Shown piece after piece: positions 36,971 through 44,525 of a stretch of 64,000 bases of DNA (positions are counted from its first letter, which is position 1; each line of letters starts with the position of its first letter). This stretch comes from Acidimicrobiales bacterium (lineage in GTDB: Bacteria > Actinomycetota > Acidimicrobiia > Acidimicrobiales > WLNW01), in contig JBDTLT010000001.1 in the NCBI GenBank assembly GCA_039934635.1, positions 66,315 to 130,314 on the forward strand, written 5' to 3'. A program made the translations under genes and the position numbers. Under the pieces are notes generated by a model that worked only from the letters and a program-made list of their open reading frames with translations, had not been told where the DNA came from and ran no database searches.

Positions 36971-38116
36971 TCACCACAGCTCGCTCGACGCGATCGCCGC
37001 GCCTTCGACGAGCGCCGCCAGCTTGGCCCACACGATGCGCGTATCGACACCGCCCGCCTCGAACATGGTGCCGAAGCCACAATCCGCTCCCGCGATCACG
37101 CGCTCCTTGCCGACGGTGCGGGTGTAGCGCTTGATGCGTTGCGCGACGAGCTCGGGGTGCTCGACGTAGTTCGTCGTGGTGTCGATCATGCCGGGGATGA
37201 TGATCTTGTCGTCGGGCAGCGCGATGTCGCGCCACACGTTCCATTCGTGGGCGTGGCGCGGATTGGCCGCCTCGAACGAAAGCGCGCACGGCCGGGCGCG
37301 CAGCACGGTCGGCAAGATCTCTTGCAGAGCGATGTCGTGATTGTGCGGGCCTTCATAGTTGCCCCAACAGAGATGCATGCGCATGCGATCGGGAGCGATG
37401 TCGGCCGTCGCGTGATTGAGCGCGTCGACGTGCATCGCGATGACCTTCTTGAATTCGGCGATGCTCAGGTCGGAGAACTCAGAGTTGTGCGACATCGCCA
37501 GATCGGGGCAATCGATCTGCAGGATGAAGCCGGCATCGGCGATCGCGTGGTACTCACGCCGCATGATGTCGGCGAGCGCAAAGACGTAGGCCTCACGGGT
37601 GGGGTAATACGCGTTGGGGAGCATCACCGAGATGACCCCGGGTGACGCGGCCGTCATGAACAGCTCGGCCACCGGCTTTGCGTCGGTCGCCTCGCGTAGG
37701 CGAACGATGTCGCGGGCGACCGCGTCGAAGTCTTTCCACGCGAGCGGCCCGTCACAGGTGGGGACCCGCAGCGCGGCGAGGCCGCGCGGCGCGGCGGCGC
37801 GAGCCCATTCGGGGAAGTCGGCCGAGTCGAGCCGCCTGGGGAAAACTGCTCGGCGCGCACCCTCGAAGCCGGCCACCCGGTCGATCACGTAGGTCGCGTA
37901 GCTGGGTTTGTGTTGCTCGCCATCGTTGACGATGTCGAGCCCGGTCTGCAGTTGTTGGTCGACCACCGCCCGGGTCGCGGTCAGGGCGGCCTGCTCGATC
38001 TCGGCGGTCGCGATCGCGTTGCCTTGCTCGCGGCGGCGCAGCACATCGACGATGGCGGCCACCCTCGGCAGGCTTCCGGTGTGGGTGGTCAGTATCCGCT
38101 GCGTACTGCGGTGCAT
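36971..38116 (-). CDS. Cobalamin-independent methionine synthase (MetE C-terminal domain)-like / UROD-MetE superfamily protein
   Basis: Track ORF 36971..38143. Candidate starts are 38116 (MHRSTQRILTTHTGSLPR), 38125 and 38143. Zn-ligand-like motifs MHLCWGNYEGPH and IAGADCGF. The stop abuts the convergent SDR stop. Confidence 0.7.
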   Translation of the reverse strand: MHRSTQRILTTHTGSLPRVAAIVDVLRRREQGNAIATAEIEQAALTATRAVVDQQLQTGLDIVNDGEQHKPSYATYVIDRVAGFEGARRAVFPRRLDSADFPEWARAAAPRGLAALRVPTCDGPLAWKDFDAVARDIVRLREATDAKPVAELFMTAASPGVISVMLPNAYYPTREAYVFALADIMRREYHAIADAGFILQIDCPDLAMSHNSEFSDLSIAEFKKVIAMHVDALNHATADIAPDRMRMHLCWGNYEGPHNHDIALQEILPTVLRARPCALSFEAANPRHAHEWNVWRDIALPDDKIIIPGMIDTTTNYVEHPELVAQRIKRYTRTVGKERVIAGADCGFGTMFEAGGVDTRIVWAKLAALVEGAAIASSELW

Positions 38117-38143
38117 GAGGGCCATTCTCGCGACAAATCGCAC

Positions 38144-38473
38144 GGAGGAGGGCGGCGACCGGCGCGGCTGTCACAAGAAATATTACGGATGTGTCGCAGT
38201 TGCATTACCCCAGGTGCCTGTGGATATGCCTGTTAATCAAGCCCTATAGAGAAGTTCCACGAGGGCGCACTCGACTAGCGCACTGTGTGAAAGTCATCCA
38301 CACTCCATGGAACTTATCGATGACCCGCCGCTTTATCACGGGCGGGCGCTCGATGGCCCAGCGGCGAGGACGTGACATGTGGCACCGAGAAGTTCGTAAG
38401 GCCGGCCCAATTTTGGACGATCATTACGGCCGTCATGCATCTGCAATATTTCACCGGTCGTCGAGGTAGCCGC
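38144..38473. promoter_or_regulatory. Unusually long (~330 bp), visibly lower-GC divergent intergenic region; candidate promoters/structured leader
   Basis: This is the longest non-coding gap in the window, lying between the MetE-like gene and the M23 peptidase gene. It contains the hairpin CCCGCCG-ctttatca-CGGCGGG (38324-38345), the repeated word GAGAAGTTC (38249 and 38388) and the inverted GGAACTT. No convincing ORF. Confidence 0.4.
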
Positions 38474-39160
38474 ATGGTCCGGATTCCCGGATGGATGGCC
38501 TGTATCGCGGTCTTCGCGATGATGGCGGCCAGTGGCGTCGATGCCGCGGATGCTTCGGTGGTCACCGCCGGCGTCGGCACCGGCGGGAGCTATGCGTTGC
38601 TCTCCTCCTACAACCGCGCCAGCATCGTCCGCGACCCCACCGTGGTCCCCTCACCCACCGACTCGATGATGCTCGTCGAGCTCATCGAAGCAGCCCTAGC
38701 GGCCGGCGCCGTGCCCCCTCCACCCCCTCCGCCCCCGCCCCCTCCACCTCCGCCGATCTGGTTGTGTCCCATCGCCAGCCCGGTGCGTTTCGGCGACACC
38801 TACGGTGAGGGTCGCAGCGGCGGGTGGCGTCACCTCGGCGTCGATATGAGCGCTCCGATGGGGACGCCGACCGTGGCCCCCGTGTCGGGCACCGTCCGCT
38901 ACTCGCGCGATTCGGCGGGCGGCCTCTCGTGGCACCTCGACGGCGACGACGGCATCTACTACTACGGCACGCACCTCTCTCGCTTCGGCTCGGTGACGGG
39001 GCACGTCGATCAGGGCACGGTGATCGGCTATGTGGGCCAGAGCGGCAACGCCTCGATGCCGCATCTCCACCTCGAAATCCATCCCACGGGCATCAACACG
39101 CCGGCGATCAATCCCACGCCGACAGCCATGAAGTACTGCGACAACACGCTGCCCCGCTAG
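38474..39160 (+). CDS. Secreted M23 (LytM/lysostaphin-type) metallopeptidase with poly-proline linker
   Basis: ATG 38474 in frame in track ORF 38372..39160, with GAGG 8 nt upstream. Signal-like N-terminus MVRIPGWMACIAVFAMMAASGVDA. M23 motifs WRHLGVDMSAPMGTPTVAPVSG and GQSGNASMPHLHLEIHP. Confidence 0.85.
   Translation: MVRIPGWMACIAVFAMMAASGVDAADASVVTAGVGTGGSYALLSSYNRASIVRDPTVVPSPTDSMMLVELIEAALAAGAVPPPPPPPPPPPPPPIWLCPIASPVRFGDTYGEGRSGGWRHLGVDMSAPMGTPTVAPVSGTVRYSRDSAGGLSWHLDGDDGIYYYGTHLSRFGSVTGHVDQGTVIGYVGQSGNASMPHLHLEIHPTGINTPAINPTPTAMKYCDNTLPR
38714..38755 (+). repeat. Run of 14 consecutive proline codons (low-complexity linker) inside the M23 peptidase gene
   Basis: CCC CCT CCA CCC CCT CCG CCC CCG CCC CCT CCA CCT CCG CCG, read in the CDS frame. 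The mirror-strand track ORF shows poly-Gly. Confidence 0.9.
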
Positions 39161-39573
39161 AAGTCGGCGTCGGGCTCGGCGATCACACGGTCGAAGATGC
39201 GCAGCGCGTCGAGCGCCACGGGCATGCCGCCGTAGACCGACATCTGCAGCAGCACTTCACGGACCTTGTCCGGTGGGTTGCTGCGCAGGGCGATACGGAT
39301 GTGCGCGGTGAGCTCGTCCGTGCGGGCGAGCACCGTCAACGCCGCGACAGCGCACAGCTCGCGGACATCGGTCGGTAAAATGTTGCGCGAGTAGCACCCG
39401 TTGATGATGAACTCGTTCATGATGCGGGCCCAATCGGGGTCCACCCGGTCGGCCCATCGGCGGTTGTTGCGTTCCATGAACGCGTCGCCACCGGGGCCGA
39501 ACATCTCGACCGCGGCTTGGCGGCCCCGTTGGCTCAAGTACTCGCCGCCGGTCGTTGCGTCGTCATCGCTCAC
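39157..39573 (-). CDS. Carboxymuconolactone decarboxylase (CMD/AhpD-like) family protein
   Basis: 138 aa. DPDWARIMNEFIINGCYSRNILPTDVRELCAVAALTVL...REVLLQMSVYGGMPVAL is the typical CMD-domain pattern. Its stop shares CTAG with the M23 gene stop. Confidence 0.7.
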   Translation of the reverse strand: MSDDDATTGGEYLSQRGRQAAVEMFGPGGDAFMERNNRRWADRVDPDWARIMNEFIINGCYSRNILPTDVRELCAVAALTVLARTDELTAHIRIALRSNPPDKVREVLLQMSVYGGMPVALDALRIFDRVIAEPDADF

Positions 39574-39694
39574 GTCATACCTCCCTCGAAGTTGCCCAAC
39601 GCTACGTTGCCCCGCGGGTGAGGGGGCTGCTGCACGAGCTCACACGCGTCGGCGGAGTTTTCCGTCTGCCGCCACATGTGCTGCGCTAGCGACC

Positions 39695-40348
39695 ATGGAC
39701 GACGATCTCGAGCTGATGCATACCCGCGGATACGACGTCAGGGGCTACTGGCGGCGCGACGGCATGCTGGTCATCAAAGGTGCCGTGCGTGACCAGCTGC
39801 CGACCCGGCTCTACGACATCGACGACGACACGCCGCTCGTGATGCACCACATGGAGGTCGCGCTCACCGTCGAGCTGCCTGATCTGCTCATCAAAGAGGT
39901 GGACGTCGAATTCCTCGCGCATCCGCATCACGCGTGCCCATCGGTAATCGACCACTATCACCATCTCGTCGGGCTCTCCATCGCGCGCGGCTTCACCCAC
40001 AAGGTGCGAGAGCTCTTCGGTGGTCCGCGTGGGTGTACGCACACCACTGCGTTGTTGCAGGCGATGGCGCCGGTGGCGATGCAATGCAAGCTCGCGAGCC
40101 GGATGATGGGACTGCGGCAGTCAGGTGATGCCACGCAGCCACTGGCCGCCGACACGTTGAATTCGCCCGAGATGCGCGCCCTGCGCGCTGCGGGCAACCG
40201 CAACACGTGCCATGTTTGGGCCGAGGATGGCGGGCACATCCAACGCATCCTCGACGGAACGGGCACCGAGTTGCCGATTCCGATCAGCGTGCGCATACGC
40301 GAGCGCGGCGGCGATCCCGACGAATGGCGGCGCCAGCGCTGGGGTTGA
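39695..40348 (+). CDS. DUF2889-like protein
   Basis: ATG 39695 in frame in track ORF 39401..40348. HHMEVALTV....IKEVDVEFLAHPHHACP...LVGLSIARGFTHKVRELFGGPRGCTHTTALLQAMAP resembles the conserved GC.H...LL core I recall for DUF2889. Confidence 0.5.
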   Translation: MDDDLELMHTRGYDVRGYWRRDGMLVIKGAVRDQLPTRLYDIDDDTPLVMHHMEVALTVELPDLLIKEVDVEFLAHPHHACPSVIDHYHHLVGLSIARGFTHKVRELFGGPRGCTHTTALLQAMAPVAMQCKLASRMMGLRQSGDATQPLAADTLNSPEMRALRAAGNRNTCHVWAEDGGHIQRILDGTGTELPIPISVRIRERGGDPDEWRRQRWG

Positions 40349-40376
40349 CAGACTCGGCGCAGCGGGGGGCAGCGGG

Positions 40377-41873
40377 GTGAACGAGCCGACACTGTGGGAT
40401 GTACTCGAGCGGCGGGTCGCCGCGACTCCTGACCGTCTCTGCGTGGTCGACGAGCGCGGGGTCCGCCTGTCCTTCGCCGAGTTGGCGGACAACGCGCGTG
40501 AGGTCGCCGCCGGGCTCCACGATCTGGGCGTGCGTCCGGGGCAGGTGATCGCGTGGCAGTTGCCCACGTGGATCGAGACGGTGGTGGTGTTCACAGCGCT
40601 CAGCCGTCTCGACGTGGTGCAGGTGCCGCTGCTTCCGATCTACCGGTCGCGCGAAGTCGACCACGCATTGCGTACGACCGGCGCCGAGGTCCTCATCTCG
40701 AACGCACCGTCGACCGAGACGCCTGCCAGTGTGGTGCGCCACATCGTGCTCGATCGACGATCGTTGCCGCGCGGCGACGTCGCGCGCCTGCCGTCGGCGG
40801 CGACCGATGCGAGTTCCGTGCGGTGGATCTTCCACACGTCGGGTACGACGGCCGCGCCAAAGGGGGCGCGGCACACCGACTCGTCGATCATTGCCGCGTC
40901 GCAGAGCTACGTCGATGCGATCGGGCTCACGGCCGACGATCGGCTACCGATCAACTTCCCGATTGCGCACATCGGCGGCCTCGTCGTGCAGTGCTGTTCC
41001 TTCCTCGCCGGCTCGGCGAACATCTTCGTCGAGCGATTCGATCCGACAACGGTGATCGACGTGCTGGCTCGCGAGCAGGTGACATTGCCCGGCGTCTCAC
41101 AGGTGTTCCATCTCGCGTACATGGATGCCCAGCGGCGCCAGCCGCAGCGGGCCCTGTTCCCCCACGCACGCGGCTACACCAACGGCGGCGCGGCCAAGAA
41201 CCCTGAGCTCCACTATCAACTCACCGAATTGATGGGCGTGGGCCTGTATTCGAACTACGGCATGACCGAATGCCCGTTCGCGTTGTGTACGCCGTTGTCT
41301 GCGCCCGACGACAAGCGAGCGACCACCGAGGGGCGGCCGGTGCAGGGCCTGCACGTTCGCATCGTCGACGCCGACGAACATGACGTCGCCCCGGGTGGCA
41401 CCGGAGAGATCCGTCTGCAAGGGCCGATGGTGTTCGCCGGATACGTCGACGCGTCGCTCGACGTGAATGCGTTCGACGCGCAGGGCTTCTTCCGAACCGG
41501 CGACCTCGCGCGAGAAGACAGCGACGGCTACGTGCAGATCGTCGGCCGCCTGAAGGACATCATCATTCGCAAGGGTGAGAACATCAGCGCCAAAGAGGTC
41601 GAAGACCTTTTGTTCGAACATCCGGCCGTCCGCGAGGTCGCGGTGGTCGGGGTGCCCGACCCGCGCACCGGCGAACGGTGCTGCGCGGTGATCGTCGCCA
41701 CCGACCCTGCCGTGCCGCTGCCGGTGGGCTCGATGAGCGCGTACCTGCGCGATGCCGGGCTGATGGTGCAGAAGATCCCGGAGCAATGGATTGCCGTCGA
41801 TGCGCTGCCGCGCAATCAAGTCGGCAAGGTCTTGAAGAACGAGCTGCGCGCCCACGTGATCGCGCGGGAATGA
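40377..41873 (+). CDS. AMP-dependent acyl-CoA synthetase/ligase
   Basis: GTG 40377 in frame in track ORF 40212..41873. AMP-binding motif IFHTSGTTAAPKGARH, YGMTE, FRTGDLA, GRLKDIIIRKGENI, and C-terminal lysine region PRNQVGKVLK. Confidence 0.9.
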   Translation: MNEPTLWDVLERRVAATPDRLCVVDERGVRLSFAELADNAREVAAGLHDLGVRPGQVIAWQLPTWIETVVVFTALSRLDVVQVPLLPIYRSREVDHALRTTGAEVLISNAPSTETPASVVRHIVLDRRSLPRGDVARLPSAATDASSVRWIFHTSGTTAAPKGARHTDSSIIAASQSYVDAIGLTADDRLPINFPIAHIGGLVVQCCSFLAGSANIFVERFDPTTVIDVLAREQVTLPGVSQVFHLAYMDAQRRQPQRALFPHARGYTNGGAAKNPELHYQLTELMGVGLYSNYGMTECPFALCTPLSAPDDKRATTEGRPVQGLHVRIVDADEHDVAPGGTGEIRLQGPMVFAGYVDASLDVNAFDAQGFFRTGDLAREDSDGYVQIVGRLKDIIIRKGENISAKEVEDLLFEHPAVREVAVVGVPDPRTGERCCAVIVATDPAVPLPVGSMSAYLRDAGLMVQKIPEQWIAVDALPRNQVGKVLKNELRAHVIARE

Positions 41874-41883
41874 GGAGCATCTG

Positions 41884-42333
41884 ATGAATCCATCGGTCAA
41901 TCGAATGAGTCATGTCGTGTACTGCGTGCGGCCCGAGAACTTCGAGGCCGCAACCAAGCTGTGGAGTACGGCGCTCGGAGTCACATTCGATCAGCTCGAC
42001 ATGCACGACGGCAGCCTGCGCGTCTCGTTCTCGCTCCAACACGGTGTCGAAGTGATCGCGCCCGCGGCCAACGGCCCACAGAAGTTCCACGACTTTCTCG
42101 CCACCAACGGCGAAGGTGTCTACACCGTCGTGTACGTCGTATCCGATCTCGACGCGGCCGAGGCCGAAGTCGTCGCGCAAGGAGTAGACGTGGCCGATCG
42201 CCTCGTGTACACCGGTCGCCGTCCGTGGTCCGAAGAGTGGGCAGTGCTCGAAGAGCGCGTGCTGCCACCGGTGCACGGGATGCGTATCACGGTCGCCCGC
42301 ATGGAGCGCCACGACGAAGGGAATGGGCGATGA
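41884..42333 (+). CDS. VOC (glyoxalase/bleomycin resistance/extradiol dioxygenase) family protein
   Basis: 149 aa. MSHVVYCVRPENFEAATKLWSTALGV...GVEVIAP...GEGVYTVVYVVSDLDAAEAE has the VOC beta-alpha-beta-beta-beta layout. Confidence 0.65.
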   Translation: MNPSVNRMSHVVYCVRPENFEAATKLWSTALGVTFDQLDMHDGSLRVSFSLQHGVEVIAPAANGPQKFHDFLATNGEGVYTVVYVVSDLDAAEAEVVAQGVDVADRLVYTGRRPWSEEWAVLEERVLPPVHGMRITVARMERHDEGNGR

Positions 42334-43136
42334 CCTACAGCGACAACTCACCGGTGCCCGACTATTTCGGGCGACTGCGCCTCGATGGTCGCTCGTTCGT
42401 CGTGCTCGGCGCGGGGCAAGGAATCGGACGGCAGACGACGCACGCGCTGAGCCAAGCGGGAGCATCGTTGTTGTGCGTCGACAACGACGAGCGCCGCGCG
42501 ACCGAGATTGCACAAGAGGTCGGCGGCGTGCCGTGCGTGGCCGACATACGCGACCGAGAACAGGTCGAGCGCGTGGTCAGCGAAGCAATTGCTGCGTTCG
42601 GATCGCTCCACGGCATGGTCGACATCGTCGGCGCGGCGCGGTACAGCAGGTTCGTCGCGACGACCGATGACGAATGGGAATGGACCTTCGACATGGTGCT
42701 GCGACATGCGTTCCTGGTAGCACAGGTCGGTGGGCGCGCCCTCGCCGACGGCGGCGGGGGAGTGCTCGCATTCGTGGCATCGATCAGTGGATTGACCAGC
42801 TCGCCCATGCACGCCGCATATGGCGCGGCGAAGGCCGCGCTCATGTCGCTCGTGCGCTCGGTGGCGGTCGAGCTCGGGCCCCGCGGCGTGCGGGTCAACG
42901 CGGTGGCGCCGGGCGGCACGTTGACGCCGCGCATGCTGGAGGTGCTGAGCGCCGAAGAGCGAGAGTCGATGGCGCAGCTCGTTCCCACGCGGCGAATGTC
43001 GCAACCCTCTGACATCGCAGGAAGCCTCTTGTTCGCGGTCAGCGATCTCGCGGCAAACGTGACGGGACAGGTACTCGTCGTGGATGGCGGCGGGCACATC
43101 GCCTACCCCTATCCCGTGGACCAGCTCGATGACTGA
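42330..43136 (+). CDS. Short-chain dehydrogenase/reductase (SDR)
   Basis: ATG 42330 overlaps the upstream stop (ATGA at 42330-42333), in frame in track ORF 41961..43136. GRSFVVLGAGQGIGRQTTHALSQAGASLLCVDND and YGAAKAA. Confidence 0.85.
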   Translation: MTYSDNSPVPDYFGRLRLDGRSFVVLGAGQGIGRQTTHALSQAGASLLCVDNDERRATEIAQEVGGVPCVADIRDREQVERVVSEAIAAFGSLHGMVDIVGAARYSRFVATTDDEWEWTFDMVLRHAFLVAQVGGRALADGGGGVLAFVASISGLTSSPMHAAYGAAKAALMSLVRSVAVELGPRGVRVNAVAPGGTLTPRMLEVLSAEERESMAQLVPTRRMSQPSDIAGSLLFAVSDLAANVTGQVLVVDGGGHIAYPYPVDQLDD

Positions 43137-43515
43137 TTCTCCCAGTGCGGTGCCCGTCGGTCTCACGAACGATGTCGTCGTCGAGGTGACCGACGCGATG
43201 ACACCGGGCCACGTGGCTGCACTCGTCATTTCCACGCCGTCGTTGGTGTCGATCATCGAAGGCGCGTGCCGCCGTGCTGTGTTGGCGCACTTGCCGCCCG
43301 GCCACGACACGGTGGGCACACACGTATGTGTCAGCCACGAGGGCGTGGCGCTCGTGGGTCATTCCGTCAACGTGCGCTGCGAGCTCACCGAAGTGAACGG
43401 CCGCCATTTGCTCTTCGCCGTCTCGGTCGACGGGCCGAGTGGTGCGGTGAGTCGCGGTACGCACCGCCGCGCCATCGTCGACCCCTCCCGATTCGCGCGA
43501 GCCGACAAGCCCTGA
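43129..43515 (+). CDS. FlK-family (fluoroacetyl-CoA thioesterase-like) hotdog thioesterase
   Basis: ATG 43129 in frame in track ORF 43084..43515. It aligns by eye with Streptomyces cattleya FlK: STPSLVSIIEGACRR vs ATGFMVGLMEWACVR, TVGTHVCVSHEGVALVG vs SLGTAICVTHTAATPPG, and GTHRRAIV vs GTHERAVI. The Thr/Glu/His triad positions are conserved. Confidence 0.6.
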   Translation: MTDSPSAVPVGLTNDVVVEVTDAMTPGHVAALVISTPSLVSIIEGACRRAVLAHLPPGHDTVGTHVCVSHEGVALVGHSVNVRCELTEVNGRHLLFAVSVDGPSGAVSRGTHRRAIVDPSRFARADKP

Positions 43516-43516
43516 G

Positions 43517-44524
43517 ATGCAGCTGTCGCTCGACATCGATCAGCAAGCGATTGTGGCCGCGTTCGACAAGTTCTTCTCGCGCGAGTCGTCGCCGGCGCGC
43601 GTGCGGGCGGCCGAGCCGACAGGATTCGACGCGTCGCTGTGGCAGGCGTTGGTCGGGGTCGGTGGCCCGGGCATCGCGGTAGCGACCGAACTCGGCGGTG
43701 GCGGAGGGTCCTTACTCGACGCCGCGCTCGTCGCCGAGCAACATGGCCGCCGGTTGGCGCCCGCGCCGCTCGTCGAGTCGTCGGTGGCGTTGCGCTTGCT
43801 CGCGCGATGCGCAGATGTCGGTCGAGCAAACATCGAGCGCGTGCTCGAAGGGGCCGACGTGCTCACGCTGGCGTTGCACCCCGCGCAAGCGGGCATCGCC
43901 CATTTGGTGCCGTGGGGCGCAGTTGCCGATCTCGTGATCGTTCTCGACGGCGATGCTCTGCTGCTGGTGCAACCAGCATCGCGGTTCGCGCAGGTCGGCC
44001 TAGCTGCGGAAGCACTCGGTGACGTGGCGAGGGCCGACGCGCATGTGATCGAGTTGGTTCGTGGTGCGGATGCCTCGGTGTACTTCGAGTGCGCTGTCGA
44101 CGAATGGCGCGTGCTGAAGGCGGCGGCATTGGTGGGCTTGGCCGGCGAGGCACTCGCATTGGCACTTGCGTACGTGCGGCAGCGCCACCAGTTCGGGCGC
44201 CCGATCGGTTCGTTCCAAGCGCTCGCGCATGGTTTGGTCGACGTGGCGACCGCCCTCGACGGCGCGCGACTCCTCGCCTTCGAAGCCGCGTGGGCGCTCG
44301 ATGGCAACCCCGCCGAGCGCACGCGGGCGTCGATGGCGTTCGCATTCGCGGCAGACACCGCGGCGAAGACCACCGCCAATGCACTGCACTGCCACGGCGG
44401 CTACGGATTCATGGCGGAGTACGACGTGCAGCTGTATCACCGACGCGCGAAGTCGTGGGCACTGGTGCACGACTCCGTTCGTGGCGAACTGTCGCATCTT
44501 GCGTCCGTGCTGTGGGGAGCATGA
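43517..44524 (+). CDS. Acyl-CoA dehydrogenase family protein, short (~335 aa) form; candidate non-catalytic subunit of a heteromeric ACAD
   Basis: 335 aa. ACAD C-terminal helical domain (RHQFGRPIGSFQALAH...CHGGYGFMAEYDVQLYHRRAK), but a short N-terminus and no G(T/S)xEIQ motif at the end. Its stop lies 1 nt before the next ACAD start. Confidence 0.75.
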   Translation: MQLSLDIDQQAIVAAFDKFFSRESSPARVRAAEPTGFDASLWQALVGVGGPGIAVATELGGGGGSLLDAALVAEQHGRRLAPAPLVESSVALRLLARCADVGRANIERVLEGADVLTLALHPAQAGIAHLVPWGAVADLVIVLDGDALLLVQPASRFAQVGLAAEALGDVARADAHVIELVRGADASVYFECAVDEWRVLKAAALVGLAGEALALALAYVRQRHQFGRPIGSFQALAHGLVDVATALDGARLLAFEAAWALDGNPAERTRASMAFAFAADTAAKTTANALHCHGGYGFMAEYDVQLYHRRAKSWALVHDSVRGELSHLASVLWGA

Positions 44525-44525
44525 C

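Noticed and set aside
38144-38473. Tried to read this long intergenic region as a c-di-AMP (ydaO), cobalamin or SAM-IV riboswitch, on the appropriate strands.
   Set aside because: I could not find the conserved cores I remember for those classes: no B12-box/GCCACTG-like element, and no ACGGGGA/CCCGUC..CUCGUAAGCG-type ydaO blocks. I kept it only as an unexplained region. A covariance-model scan is needed.
38608-38799. Poly-glycine ORF (14 Gly) on the minus strand.
   Set aside because: It is the mirror image of the poly-proline tract of the M23 peptidase gene and not an independent gene.
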